Shown here in pieces: positions 12,817-25,513 of a stretch of DNA of 64,000 bases (positions within the stretch are counted from its first letter, which is position 1; the number at the start of each line of letters is the position of its first letter). The DNA lies in contig MU006118.1 of NCBI GenBank assembly GCA_010093705.1, positions 121,906-185,905 of the forward strand, in the 5' to 3' direction. A program made the translations under genes and the position numbers. Under the pieces are notes generated by a model. It saw only the letters and a program-made list of their open reading frames with translations. It ran no database searches and was not told the DNA's origin. The stretch is from Patellaria atrata CBS 101060 (lineage: Eukaryota).

Positions 12817-13671
12817 TGACAATAACAAGTGAAAAGAAATATTGGACGAGAACTAAGATAGAGTGAGGATAAGATAGGATAGGGACTTGGTATTGGAATA
12901 TATCCTTTGTCTAGGAGACGCGTAAAAGAAGGCTGAGTTTCTTTATTCTAAGGTACCTCTGTAAGGTTGTTCAGTCACGCTGTGATTGTTATAGACCTGG
13001 ATCCTTCCGCATTCACCTCATGTATTCTCGGGCCCGCAATGAACATCAGTAATCGATGACATAGAAAGACAAGACAAATGGAAGATCATACTTCCTCCAG
13101 AATAGAAAATGCTCTGAGTAGTGATTTTCAGCTAACCCGAAGTGGGGATCCGTTGGCCGTCTGTGAAGAGCACAACGCATCCCCACGGTCGCGCAAACCT
13201 AAGGGCAATGCTTATAGACATCTGCCGCGCGTCCATACATGAAGCTTTTGAAACCTACCTGCTTATCTCTACTATACTGAGCTTCAAGCACCTAACTTGG
13301 CATTGGAGACACAGAGATGGGAGACTTTGGAAGTTGGGACGTCGATTTTGTCTTCGGGTCAACTGTTTTCTGGTGGAGGCTGAGCCATCCCCCGAATCAG
13401 ACGATGTGCATACGCTACGATGTGAAGTTTACATACTGTCATTGGTTCTCATACACAACATTCGACCGCAATAACCCGGTTCGGATAAGAGCATTGAACT
13501 ATTTCCTATGCACGCTATGATCTGCGCGGGAACTAACCCTTAGCGCTTGCAACTAGACGCGTAATGATACGTTTCAGATCATTTCACATTCCAAATCTTT
13601 CAATTTCAAAGACGCGGAATCCTTCCCTTCTTGCAACCCCTTGGTGAATGATCGAGTAACTGCTTGTATGT

Positions 13672-13694
13672 GCAGTACAGTACAGTACAGTACA
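13672..13694. repeat. (CAGTA)n microsatellite
   Basis: About 4.5 copies visible. Confidence 0.8.
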
Positions 13695-15830
13695 GTTAAA
13701 ACCAACAGCCATTGCTGCTGGATGATTAACTGTTGAGATATGCAACCAGAGTAAGAGCTTGGGTTCTATTCTACTATCTTTTCCATCTGGGATGACACGT
13801 TAACCAGCGGCACTATAACTATACATCCAATCAGCCGCTGATCTCTGGTGCGTGGACTGCACGCTGAACACCATGATTGAAGCAAGAAGCCTGGTTAAGT
13901 CTGAACAAGATGCGACTTTGTCCTTACTCCTCTCTATAGTTCTATTCGACAAATTCAGAGAACCATCACGATGATATACATCGCCTATACTTGAGCCAAC
14001 ACTACTCTTACAGAGACCGTGTGTTCTGCTCCTCCTGAATCTTGCAGCTGTACAGTACCATTGTGAAGGGTGGTTCTTCTGACTTTGTGTGACTGCCATC
14101 TCCTCAACTGAAGTACTATTATTGGCTGGGGCTTAAGGGACGTGTAAGTTGTCTGAGGCTTGGAACGTCGTAAGCCGAGCATGTATCCAACGTGCTCGAC
14201 TAGTACCGTAAGGAGAACTATACAATCTATCCTAGTTAACATGTTTGGAAAATGGCTTTCAACCAATGACAGTTTCCTAGGATTGGATAAGGTCGCAACA
14301 TACCCATATCCTCTCTGAGTTATCAAATTGTTATGCTTCGGATTCCTCGCATACTTGCTATTGTGACATTATATCAAAAAGATTATAGTCGTTAAGATAT
14401 TTCAAAATCCTCTACTTCTCATATTCGAGCTCAACAACGTCTTCACGGCCCGCTTCATATCCCATTATAGTCCATCTAGCCAGAAGCTGACAAAATTGGA
14501 CCAAACTATCTCACTGTCTTTCTATCGCACGGGGCCGCTCCCTTTAACGCAGTTTATTCCAGTCACATGTGGACCTACGTTCTTCTCTGTTAGTTCTTCA
14601 ACGTCATCCATTGCAGTGAATAGGCCGAATCTATAATTCAAAAATCACCACCAGATTGCTGCGACAAAGACACGAAAGACGCGTCGACTGACAATTCTCA
14701 TTTGGTTACGATTCTAACTTAGGACTACGGGATCGAATGATGCTATTGTATACAATTTCTCGTTCATTTGGACAGAAAATAGTTCCCGAATATATAGAGT
14801 GTTTCTCGATTTAGTAAGCTTGACTCAAGGACGCAGGACAATCTGTCAGAGCTCTGGGTAGAGTTGACTATCGTATTATTCTCAGATTAGGCTGTAATCT
14901 GCTGATCTTGAGACTCGTCGATAGCCTTCACGATGGCCCTGAGCCTTAGTATCATATGGCCGCTCCAACATATTCTTCTCTTAAACATCATGCAGAAATA
15001 ACTGTATCTCATATTGAAAAGTCTTCTCTATTTTATCAGCCAATACAGTTTCGACGCTGACAGTAATGCGCTTTAGAGCCCTACTATGATTGGGCACCCT
15101 ATCGTCACCAGCAAAACAAAAGTATGGTCGTCATGGTGGACTCTAGTGACTCCCAATCTCATCTGGGAAAGGCAACTTCATTCTATTTGTCCAATTTTCT
15201 ACAAATTATATCCAAAGGGCCGCGCTCGGTTTCATCGTTTAACCTCACTACCAAATGCCACGAACGTCGGCTTACCACAGAGATTAAAAAAACTGCTGAG
15301 CTTTGCTATTTTGTCTACGTTATAGTATTGCTGTAGATTGCCGGTGATAGTGGATTTATGGACCATGTAATTCTATATATCGCTATCTCATTTATAGTCT
15401 CTGATATGATAATGAGTCGGTCATCCTGCAGCAAAACTTAGATTTGTCAACCCTTTTATGATATTCCCTTTTTCATCAAGCTTCACTGAGGAGATCTGAA
15501 TCACACAGCTCATCGAGACGGTGACTCACAATCTTTGAAACCCCAATTTATTCATCTAGACCTGTGTTTAGGTGTATGAGAGATACATATACCCGTCGCA
15601 GCCTTTGATAAGCGGTGGGTTGACTACGGTAGTTCATGCAGCATGCTACATTGAGCTTGGTTCTTTCAGATCCCCCGCTTTACAGTTTGTTTATGGCAGG
15701 ATACTGTTTGCAACATATCAGTGATGATCCTTATAATCGGAAATTTAAATATCGCTGAAATACATTATACTCACCCCTGTTTCCAGGTACAGAAAAAACG
15801 GAACTGTATAACTAAACTAGCCTAACTGGC

Positions 15831-17016
15831 ATGCTGGAAGCTTATTGCTCTGGAACACCATACGAGGTACTGAAAACGGTTCTTCAATTTGAATTATTAG
15901 AAAGATAGTAACCTAGCATATGCAGATTGGTCTCAAACATGGGAAACTTGCAAAAGCTCCAATCGCTCGGTGCATCGACTTCTATATGGGTCTATTTGAA
16001 AAGTCTGCTAAGTTAGACTGGGACCAGGTCCAGCGAACTGCATCACAGTTTGAATCAACATTCCAAGAGAAATGGCCAACGTATCTAAAGGAGATGCAAG
16101 GTAAATGCGCTAGAATCAAAGACATGGGGAATCATAATGACCTGGCGTAAGGTATTGCTGATGGAGCTGGAGTCAAGCTCATCGATATTCTCGCTATTAA
16201 TGTCCGCACCGAGATTGCATTCGGCCTCTTTAGCGATGGCTGTACTTCCGTATCATTTATGACGGATGAAGCTAGTTATATAGCTCAGAATTGGGACGTA
16301 GGTATCCATTTGCTCAATCTCCGCGCTCTAGCTAACTGCAGAAGTGGGCAAGAGCGCAAAAGGACAACATTCTCCAACTCACCATCGAGCAAACAGGCAA
16401 GCCTACCATCAAAATCATCACTGAAGCCGGTCTTATCGGCAAGATAGGTCTCAACTCAGCCGGTGTAGGTATTTGCTTCAATGCCATCCGTGCGCAAGGT
16501 ATGGATCCCTCGCGGGTCCCTTGCCATGTCGCTCTCCGAATGGCTTTGGAATGTAGCAGTATGAATGAAGCCGTCCAAAAATTGGATTCATTTGGCGTAG
16601 CCTCATCCTCCTTCATGCTTATCGCAGATCCTATCAGTACCATTGGCTTGGAATGGTCATCCATAGATGTCCAAAAGCTGCACGCGGATTCTAAGGGATG
16701 GATTTATCATTCGAACCATTACTTGCTCGAGCACCCTGGGGTCCATGATACCCGTTGGGTAACTGATAGTCTATTCAGAATTGCCAGGATCAAGGAGCTG
16801 AGGAAACAGTTCTGTGGCGAGAAGCAGAGCATTGAGGGTATCAAGGGGATGTTGAAAGATGAGATGAACTTTCCAGCAGCAATTTGCAGAGCTGAGGAGC
16901 AAGGGGTTGAGTCCGAGACACTCTTCAGTATCGTCATGAATTTGACGAAGAAGAGAGCGGAAGTTACAATCGGACGGCCGACAGAACCGAGGGAACATCT
17001 CGTGCTTGAGTTCTGA
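15831..17016 (+). CDS. peptidase C45 / acyl-CoA:6-APA acyltransferase-like Ntn hydrolase (4 exons)
   Basis: MLEAYCSGTPYEIG..H, NVRTEI, autoprocessing site DG|CTS, AQNWDW, EAGLIGKIGLNSAGVG, HSNHYL. Confidence 0.92.
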
Positions 17017-17170
17017 TTACGGATCACCAGTTGATGTCATCAAATCTTCATTGCGAAAGCGTACATAGCTAGGAATCCAAACACCCTTCCTAAGCCTATA
17101 TCAGAATACTTGAATCACTCTCGTAAGCCATATAGTTTCAATTTCATAACCTCTAAGTCTCTGTTTCCTT

Positions 17171-17911
17171 TTACTTCTTCTCCCCCTCTCCCTCCTCCTT
17201 CTCCTTTTTACTACCCCATCCAAACCACCCTCCCGCTCCTTTCACACCAGAACTGACGCCGCTACCCACCGCTCCAACACCAGAACTGACACCACTCCCC
17301 ACCCCCTTTGCCCCACCGCTCACACTGCTCCCCACATATCCCGCTCCAGCACTCACATTTTCCCCAAAACTCTTCCCCTCCTCATCTTTCCCGCCCCTCT
17401 CGGCACGAGTAATCCCCTCCTTTGAAACAGCGTCGCCGGCAGGTTGTAAGAGGCCGCCCTTGCCGACTTGACCAGAGACGAGGGAATTGGTGGAGTCTTG
17501 GAGGGTGTCGACTTGGGATATGCCGGTGACTTTGGTCTTGTCTAGTTGTTCTGTGATAAGTGTTAGCTACGTTTTTGGGCTTAGGTAGGAGAGTTGGATT
17601 CTGGGGGAGAGTATGGGAAAGGAGCGGATGCAATGAGAATGGGGATTGGAGTGGGTGACGAAGGGAGATGAAAAGGAAAATTGGAGGAGTTTGACCGGAA
17701 GAAGAAACGGGTAGGGAGATCAAGTAGAGACGGAGAAAGAGTGGTTAGGAGGATCAAGAGGGGAAACGATGCTTAAGAAGGACGATAGCAACACACGTTT
17801 TGTAGCGTAAGAAGCTTTATTGTCCTTGCCAAAGTATGAGAGATATTTGTCTTCGATCCAGGGGACCCAGTTCTCGTATTGTTCGTTGTATTTCTGTTTG
17901 GTCCACTCCAT
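17171..17911 (-). CDS. small conserved fungal protein with Gly/Ser-rich tail (2 exons)
   Basis: Exon 1 MEWTKQKYNEQYENWVPWIEDKYLSYFGKDNKASYATK splices to QQLDKTKVTG..GQVGKGGLLQPAGDAVSKEG..GVSSGV repeats. Confidence 0.8.
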
Positions 17912-18670
17912 CTTTGAGAGGATAACTGAGTAGGATGTGCTATATGGAGAAGTTAGATGAAGTTTATAGAAGAGTTTGAGCTATTAGAATAGTACGGGAA
18001 ATCAGCGTACGTTCTCTTGTAAATTTATATCTTATGTATTTATACAAAAGAGGTTGTCGTTAGTGGAGATGGGGTGATTTAGAAGAACAGATGCACTACG
18101 GTAATAATATTCAGATAAGATAGAAAACAGTCTAAGTTGCTATATATATACTATAGACATTATGTCTGTCAACTCTGACCTCACAAGTCTACATCAGCAG
18201 GTTGTGGCTTGCGATGGGTGGTGAGGGCAATGTACGTCATATAACGAGACTCCTGGTTCACCTTGGTTGCAGAGAGCAAGGCAGCTCCCTGTTCCAGCCA
18301 CCCACCATTGAGATATTCTACATACCGCTATGTGGCTGCAAAACAACCGTCAAAATGCGCTTATTACTGAAGATTGAAACCTGATCGATGTGAATTTGAA
18401 AGCCTTGCTCGAATGGGCGCGGGAGCTCGAGATCAGCGAGAACTTTAAGCGATTCCCGAGCAAGAGATTTGTGGTACTGTACGAGTATCATAAGCTCTTT
18501 TCCTATCTCTATAAGATAGAATGTACTGTCATCTTTATAGACATCCTATATAATAGCGCCCGTTACTAGTTTGAAGGGTATATAAGCTCCTTCTACGATA
18601 CTAAGGGTAACAGAATTACAGTAAAAGGCGCTTTCATAAACTGAAAGCAGAATCAGCATGCTACATACCT

Positions 18671-21318
18671 CTATAGCTTTGGAATCAAAAACTCCTTCGC
18701 CTCCTCCTCACTAACATCTGAAAACTTCCACTGTTTCTTGTCTACTAGACCCAACCTATTCGCTCTTATCTTCCACCACACATCCTTCCTATTCCCTCCC
18801 AGCTCTCCACCGAGCACTTTCTCCTTAAGTTGGCGTAGGACATCATTATACACCACCGGCTCTTCTGAATCAACCATCTCGTTCCTTAGCACACTCAAAG
18901 CTTCAATGGCACGACCGTACCCGCTATCCCCTACGCTGTGGCGGATGTAGTCTTGGATGATCTTCGACATCTGCTTCGCTGCGTCCTTGAGGTCGGATGA
19001 GGAAGTCGTGGAAGCGAGGTACTGCTTGAACTCGGGGATTGCGTTCTCGGGAGAAATCTTACTGCGTTTGTTGCTGTTGAGGAGGGCATCGACATCGAGA
19101 CCTGATAAAGGACGTTCAGTTTCCCGGTTGCGTTTGCGACCTTTGACCTTTGGTGGAACTTTCTTGACGTCCGCAGCTTTGAGAAGGGTCGAGATAACTG
19201 ACTGTGCGTCTTCTATGAGTTCTGTAGGAGGGCCTGAGTATTTAGTCAAGATCTCACCGGGAGGTGGGATATCCTCTGCTGGGTGTACTGCTCGCCAGCG
19301 GATGGCTTGGTTTATGCGATGGAGAACGGGGGAGTAGGTATCTTCGAGAGCAGCATACTCCACGGGATTACTGGTACTTGTCAGTCAATAAAAAGGTAGT
19401 CAGAGTGACACGTACCCATCCTCATCCTTTTCATAAGTGGATAAATCCATACGATCAACATAATCGCTCATTGCTTTCATCAGATCATCATCGGGGAGGT
19501 TCCGATGTTTATAGTGCGTAGCTCCACCCACAGTCACCACTTTATCAAGTGGAGGGAATCTATAGCCACGCATATCCTCTGAAAATGGAAGCTCCACATC
19601 GAATAGACCTTCAAACTCCGGTTCAATGCAGTGTGCTAGCAGCACAATGACCGGGTCTCTCCCGGCTTTCGGAACGAGCCTAGCGATCGCGTACGTTTCT
19701 TGTTCAAACAAGGCGTGAGCCAAGGAAGAGAGTGCCATTGCAGCCTTTTCATTTGCCTTTTGAGCTACGATAATGGACACTTTTGACATGAGCATATAAC
19801 GGTCGAACTACTTTTTCCGTTAGCATAAGGATACTAGGAATAAAGCCGCTCTTTGACACAGATGTACCTTGTCGCGAGGAATGAAGCCCATGATATCAAG
19901 ACAAGCTTGTGTCTCAATTTTCAATGCCGACATATCTGACCCACTGATATGTACCGCAGTAGATCCATAAGAGTACCCCTTTTCAAGCTCGTTTTCAGTA
20001 ACCTCTTTCTTTCCTCCTGGGGCCTTCTCGTCGTTGACTTGATAAGTGCGTGCTCTATGAATAGCTGCGAGCTCGTTCTTCTGTCCGTCTTCGTCATCAT
20101 TACCATCCTGCATCGTAACGGATGATTGACCACTTGGCTCTCCGCCTGGGGCATCAGATTTGATGACGAATGAACTAGCTGTAGGAGGTTTCGCTACTGC
20201 AGTTTTCGGGTACCTCTCTACATCTATTGACAATGCGGATTCGTATTCTTCAGGATTACCAAGAGTGAGATTGCCTTTGAATGACTGAACAGGTCTGGTT
20301 GGTTTTACACGGGGAATTGCAAGCTCAGCGACAGCCTCTGCAACGGTTCCAAAGTCGCCATCACATTCTTCCACAAGATCTTTAAGGAGCTTTTCATTTT
20401 CGAGCTGCGAATATATTTAGTATGAATATGCCATTAGTTGTTAACCAGCATTGAAATGCTCACCTTTTCAGGATCTTTATTTTCTTCCTTGAAACCAAAC
20501 TCTGGATCATCAAAATCGATTCCCCTGAGAAAGTTAGGATAATAGAGCATATTGTAATCCTGAATCCCATATGTACTTACAGTATCTGAAGCCTCATATC
20601 ATCTTCTTTGATTTTAGCCACAATCCCCTCAAGACCATCAGGATCCATTTGACCACGACCGTTTGTTATCAAAACAATCTGCCTGCGGTACTTGAGTTTG
20701 CGACATTGCTCATTGATCATTTGAATTGCAATGATCAGTGCAGATATTGCTATTCAAGATCAGCATCAATAGTTTCCTGAACGATAGGAGCTGAAATACC
20801 ATCTCCCTCTTCCGTTTTGCTAGGTCTAATCAGATCTTTTAATCTACGGATATCTGGCATCAGAAACCTTGAATGTAAGTATTATATCATACGGAAATTA
20901 TTGGCCATTGCTCTTACTGGCCCAAGGGTGCGAGGACAGATATATTTTGGTAATTATCATCGTCCTCGCCATTGAGGGCATTATTAGTGCCTATTAGAGA
21001 TCAATATCAAACCCGCTTCTAGTTTATCATTTGACTAACCGTCTGTCCGCAATGCAACAACACCAACTAATAGCGTTTTCCGTCCGGTTGAGACCTTTTC
21101 ACCATCGTCATCATCTTCATCATCGTAATGCACCTTTTCAACGCGTAAAACAGAAAGAAAACAACGCAAAAGAGTTGGGACTAACCTACCGTCGTTGCGA
21201 TTCTATCCCAGATATAGTGCATCGCCCAGTCGAGATCTGTTTCTGAGCGATCGTTGTTCTTCTCTCCCATGGACTTGCCTACATCAATGATGTAGACTGT
21301 CGCCTCTTTGTCCGCCAT
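18671..21318 (-). CDS. KU80: Ku80, ATP-dependent DNA helicase II subunit 2 (NHEJ), multi-exon
   Basis: vWA start [18 protein letters not shown], then [30 protein letters not shown] and C-terminal [12 protein letters not shown]. Confidence 0.97.
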
Positions 21319-21447
21319 TGTGAAATTGAATATGATTTCAAGGCGGATGAAGGATTATAAAGAAGATAAATCTGTCGATAGACATCATTGGTAAATCCCG
21401 TACTCTTCGACCGCAAGGCAACTGTTCAGGGATAAGCTAGGTATAAA

Positions 21448-21469
21448 ACGCGAATCGCGTAGCCACGTG
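21448..21469. promoter_or_regulatory. inverted MCB-like pair ACGCGAATCGCGT plus CACGTG upstream of KU80
   Basis: Motifs are visible 130-150 bp upstream of the KU80 ATG; function is inferred. Confidence 0.4.
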
Positions 21470-22075
21470 ATCTTCCATCGCTAAAGCGGGATAGCGAGTC
21501 AGGTACGTCACTTAGGTTCTCCTCTTTACACTCAAAAGGGAACTATCCATTTTTCTATTTTTTCTTTACAGTTCACCTTCGATTATAACACTGCATCTCC
21601 CAATAATGCATGCTCAACCCTTAACAAATTGCCTAACCCACGTGTTGGGGCGACATATTCAGGCACACCTAGGATCAGAATCTCCATTGGCCACTATCAG
21701 ATCGCTTCGGCACGTAAACGTCAAGCTTGGCCGATACCGTAGACAGCTTCCTTTTCCTGCATTGTTCCCGGAGGTGATGATAAACAATCATCCAATAAAA
21801 AACACATGTGCTTCAATCGCTGTTTTTTGCCAGATGAGCTTCGTCGTGTTAAGCAACTCAAGCTCGGCTGGACAAGGATATCAATCCATGATGGGGATCC
21901 GGGAAAAGAGTACGTATAGTATGATATACACCATGGACCATGCAGCGAGGATTGTACAGGTACTGGGTAAGATGATGGGCACTATATAAGGTAGGCAATC
22001 TATATGACCATGTTGTCTTGCATTTTCCTTTTACCAGGTTATTGGGTTTTCTGAGGAACTTTAAGAGCTAGGAAT

Positions 22076-23160
22076 ATGGTTTCGAGGTCTTTCACGCTTG
22101 TGGCGGGAGCAACTGTGCTCAATGGAGTGGTGGCAAGCTTATATGGAGAGAGTCCGCTCAACCACACATGTATATTAGGTATTACAATTCCCTTCCCTTT
22201 CCCTTCAGACGTCCTTCTTCACCTTCTCCCTTTCTCCTCACCCCCATCCGTACTCCGGTCCTCACCAATGTCCACGGCCCAGACTAAGTCCATCTAGAAA
22301 AGCCTCTTCTATCTTGTCCTCCTACAAATATCTCCACCGTCGACTCTTGCTGTAGTGAAGCATTTGGAGGCCTCCTTCTCGCCACTCAGTTTTGGGACAC
22401 CTATACTGGTCTCGAAGCGCAAGGCCAGTTGCTCCCGAAGAAGACATGGACACTCCACGGCTTGTGGCCCGATTTCTGCAATGGAAGCTACACACAGTAC
22501 TGTGATCTGGGCCGACAGTATGACCCGGATCCAAGCCCCAATACGACAACCGGGACACCATCGGGGACACCGGTCATTCCCTATACAGGCCCGGATATCG
22601 GAACCTTCGTCGAGGATGCGGGGAGAGCTGATTTGAAAGGATGGATGAATAAATACTGGATTGCCCAGAACCAACCCAACCCGGATTTCTGGGGCCACGA
22701 GTTCTCGAAGCACGCGACTTGTTTTTCGACCTTCGATGTTCCGTGCTATGGGCCTCATTACCGCAAGCATGAAGATGTGATCGACTTTTTTGAGACGACT
22801 ATAATGTATTACCTGCGCCTCCCTACATACAAATGGCTCACCTCTTCCCATATCGTTCCATCCAATTCCACAACCTATTCCGTCTCACGCATCCAAAACG
22901 CGTTGAAAAAGAAATACGGGCATCTACCGTATGTTGGTTGTAGTGGAGCTAGATGGAACGAAACGGAGCAGGGACGGGGAAGTATGGATAATGGCCGCAC
23001 TATTCTCTCAGAGGTGTGGTATTACTTCCATGTTCTTGGGCGGCCTCAGGATGGGAGGTGGAGGGGAATTGATGCGACGGGGAGTGGGACGAGTTGTGCG
23101 AAGGCGGACGGCGCAGTCAAATACCTGAAAAGAACACTAGGGTCGGAATTCGAGAACTGA
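22076..23160 (+). CDS. secreted ribonuclease T2 (2 exons)
   Basis: Signal peptide, CAS I WTLHGLWPD and CAS II FWGHEFSKHATC. Confidence 0.95.
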
Positions 23161-23429
23161 GACGACCTCATGTATATCACAAAGCTAGCAGCAGTATATA
23201 TTTCCCGTCATAGCATTAGTAGAAATCATCAATGAATACAACGCTCTATTTCTTTGACCCGTAAACTAAGGATTTTCTCATACGCTAAACATTGGCCCCG
23301 TCTCCGCCGGTACATATGCGTTACTTTATACACACCGCTTATAGAATGCAGCATCAAATTCTCTTATATAGCACTGACGTTCCCGCATCTTTAACCCCAA
23401 CCGCACCCTTCCCCTACGCAAGCATTCCC

Positions 23430-24616
23430 CTACCAAATGCCCGGCAACATCGTCGCACGCCCCTTAACCTTCTCCTCCCCAAACTCCCTCGCGTACCACT
23501 CCCTCGTCCCCTTTGCCGTTATCCCCAAATTCACGATCACAAAGACTAACCCGAATAGCACCGTCCTATTCACCCACATGCCCGCCGGAGCCGCCAGAAG
23601 CGCCAGGGAGAGATAGATGATGCATTCGCAGGTATAGTGGGGGGTTAGTGTATAGGCAAAATTGGGGTGGGTAGGAAAGGTGTAAGGATTTTTGGGGAGG
23701 GAGGAGAGGTAGGCGTGAATGTCGTGTTGGAGGCCGGAGGCGAGGATGAAGGAGGGGAGGATTAGGAAAGTGCGAGCAGAGGGAACGGGGGGGATTAAGG
23801 AGAGGGAGAGTACTATGGACTTTAGGTTTGAAGTTGTAAGGGGGGTGTAGGAGTCGGCTATCGGCGGCATTGCTCGGAGGGCAGCTGGTGGAGAGTGAGT
23901 TGAAGTGTAGAAGGAGATAGGGGATGCCAGTAGGAGGTAGATGCGGAGAGGGAATTGATTGCTGTGTTGTGGTAGATGCTACTTACGGAGCCCTTCGATC
24001 CAGATAGCAATTCCCATGGACAGATAAAAGAGGAGACCTAGGACCCAGTGTCCGACCCACATAGTGGATTTGGAGGGCTTGCTCATGGAAAGGGATTCGT
24101 AGAGGCGACGTGTACCTTGCATTAGAAGAAGCAACCACGTTAAGGATACTTGTCTGAGAGACATAGATGGTCTTGAGGGACCCGAGTGGGCTGCTACGGG
24201 TGTAGAGATGATTTGGAAGAGCGAGCCATGGGTGAGAAGTTGGTAAGCCCAGAATACCGAAGAAGCCACGGAAGCAAGGTAAAAATGCTTAAACCAGCTG
24301 TGGGGTACCTGAAAATTTGCGAGGTAGTCGAGGAGAGATGTCAACACATTATTGCGTGCTGACGCAGTGTTTGCTTCTTTCTTCTGCTGAGGATCTTGGG
24401 TCGTGGTACGAGATCCATAGCTGACGAAACGGCTGGCTAAGGAGGGAATAGAGTTGATGAAAAGGATCTGACAGTGGGTAAGTTAGTTCCTCTCATTTCG
24501 TTACAGACAGGCTGATTGTCAAAGGATAGTTCTACAGTTGCAGCGGCGACGAGGAAAGATGCCTGGAGAGCTTGTGCTGGGTCAATTGCTGGATAAGCAG
24601 GAGATTCGCGGTCCAT
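23430..24616 (-). CDS. DFG10: polyprenal reductase / 3-oxo-5-alpha-steroid 4-dehydrogenase family
   Basis: FVSYGSR, QVPHSWFKHFY, QGTRRLYES, QHDIHAYL, PHYTCECIIY, NLGITAKGTREWY. Confidence 0.88.
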
Positions 24617-25513
24617 TTTCGACGCAGTTTTCTTGATAAAACCGGGAGAAGATTCTTCTTATACAGAAGTCTTGATGTAAGATCCTAAGTCGCGAAACAG
24701 TTGGTATACAGAGCGGAGATATCTGAAGATACTGTAGTTTGGTTTGGTACGATGGAAGTTGGGACGATTGGGTCAAGTAAGGTAGGTAAAAGGTATCGTA
24801 TGTAACCTTAACTCTATCGTCCCGAGTCGCATGCGCTGGAGAAAAATCTTTTCATCTCAACTTTGCTCTTTTGCTACCACTTTTACAGGACCTCAGTCGT
24901 TTCTGGTGCTATAACATCGACTCCGATTTTGATGTTTCGAGATGAGGAGGAATAATTTTCATCGGTCGAAATGCAACGCACATGAGATTATTACATTAGG
25001 TTATTAGGTACCTTATTGATTACCTATTACACTGATTTTCTGCCAAGTTGAGCTAAACTCCTTAAACTCCCTAGAACTTACACGGCAGCCACGACTACTA
25101 GGTTGCTCCTTCCAACCCCCAAAAGCGCCCAGCCCTGGAAGCCCTGGAGCCATTCGATGCCTGCCATGTTCGTTGCCAGCGCCCGAATCTTCTTCCGATC
25201 GCACTCGCAACTCTCTTTTCCACGATTCCTCACTCACACTCCTCTGCCGCCTACACCTCCATCCTTCTCGTCTTACATATCTAAATCAACTCTCTATCCC
25301 GACATTCTCGATCCAGTACTGTTCTACCATTCCATCTGTACTTATTGATCCGTATATTATCGAGTCCTCGGTCACCTTACCTCACCAAGGGCCTCTCACA
25401 CCGCTTGGCTCGCTCTGTCGCACCACGACCAGAGCTGTTCACGCCGTATAAAGGCCACACTTGGCCAGTATGAGGAGGATAGTAACGATAATACTCTTGT
25501 CAGCTCCAACGTG

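Noticed and set aside
15831..17016. Penicillin biosynthesis cluster (penDE)
   Set aside because: No ACV synthetase or IPN synthase is nearby, and stand-alone C45 homologs are common in fungi.
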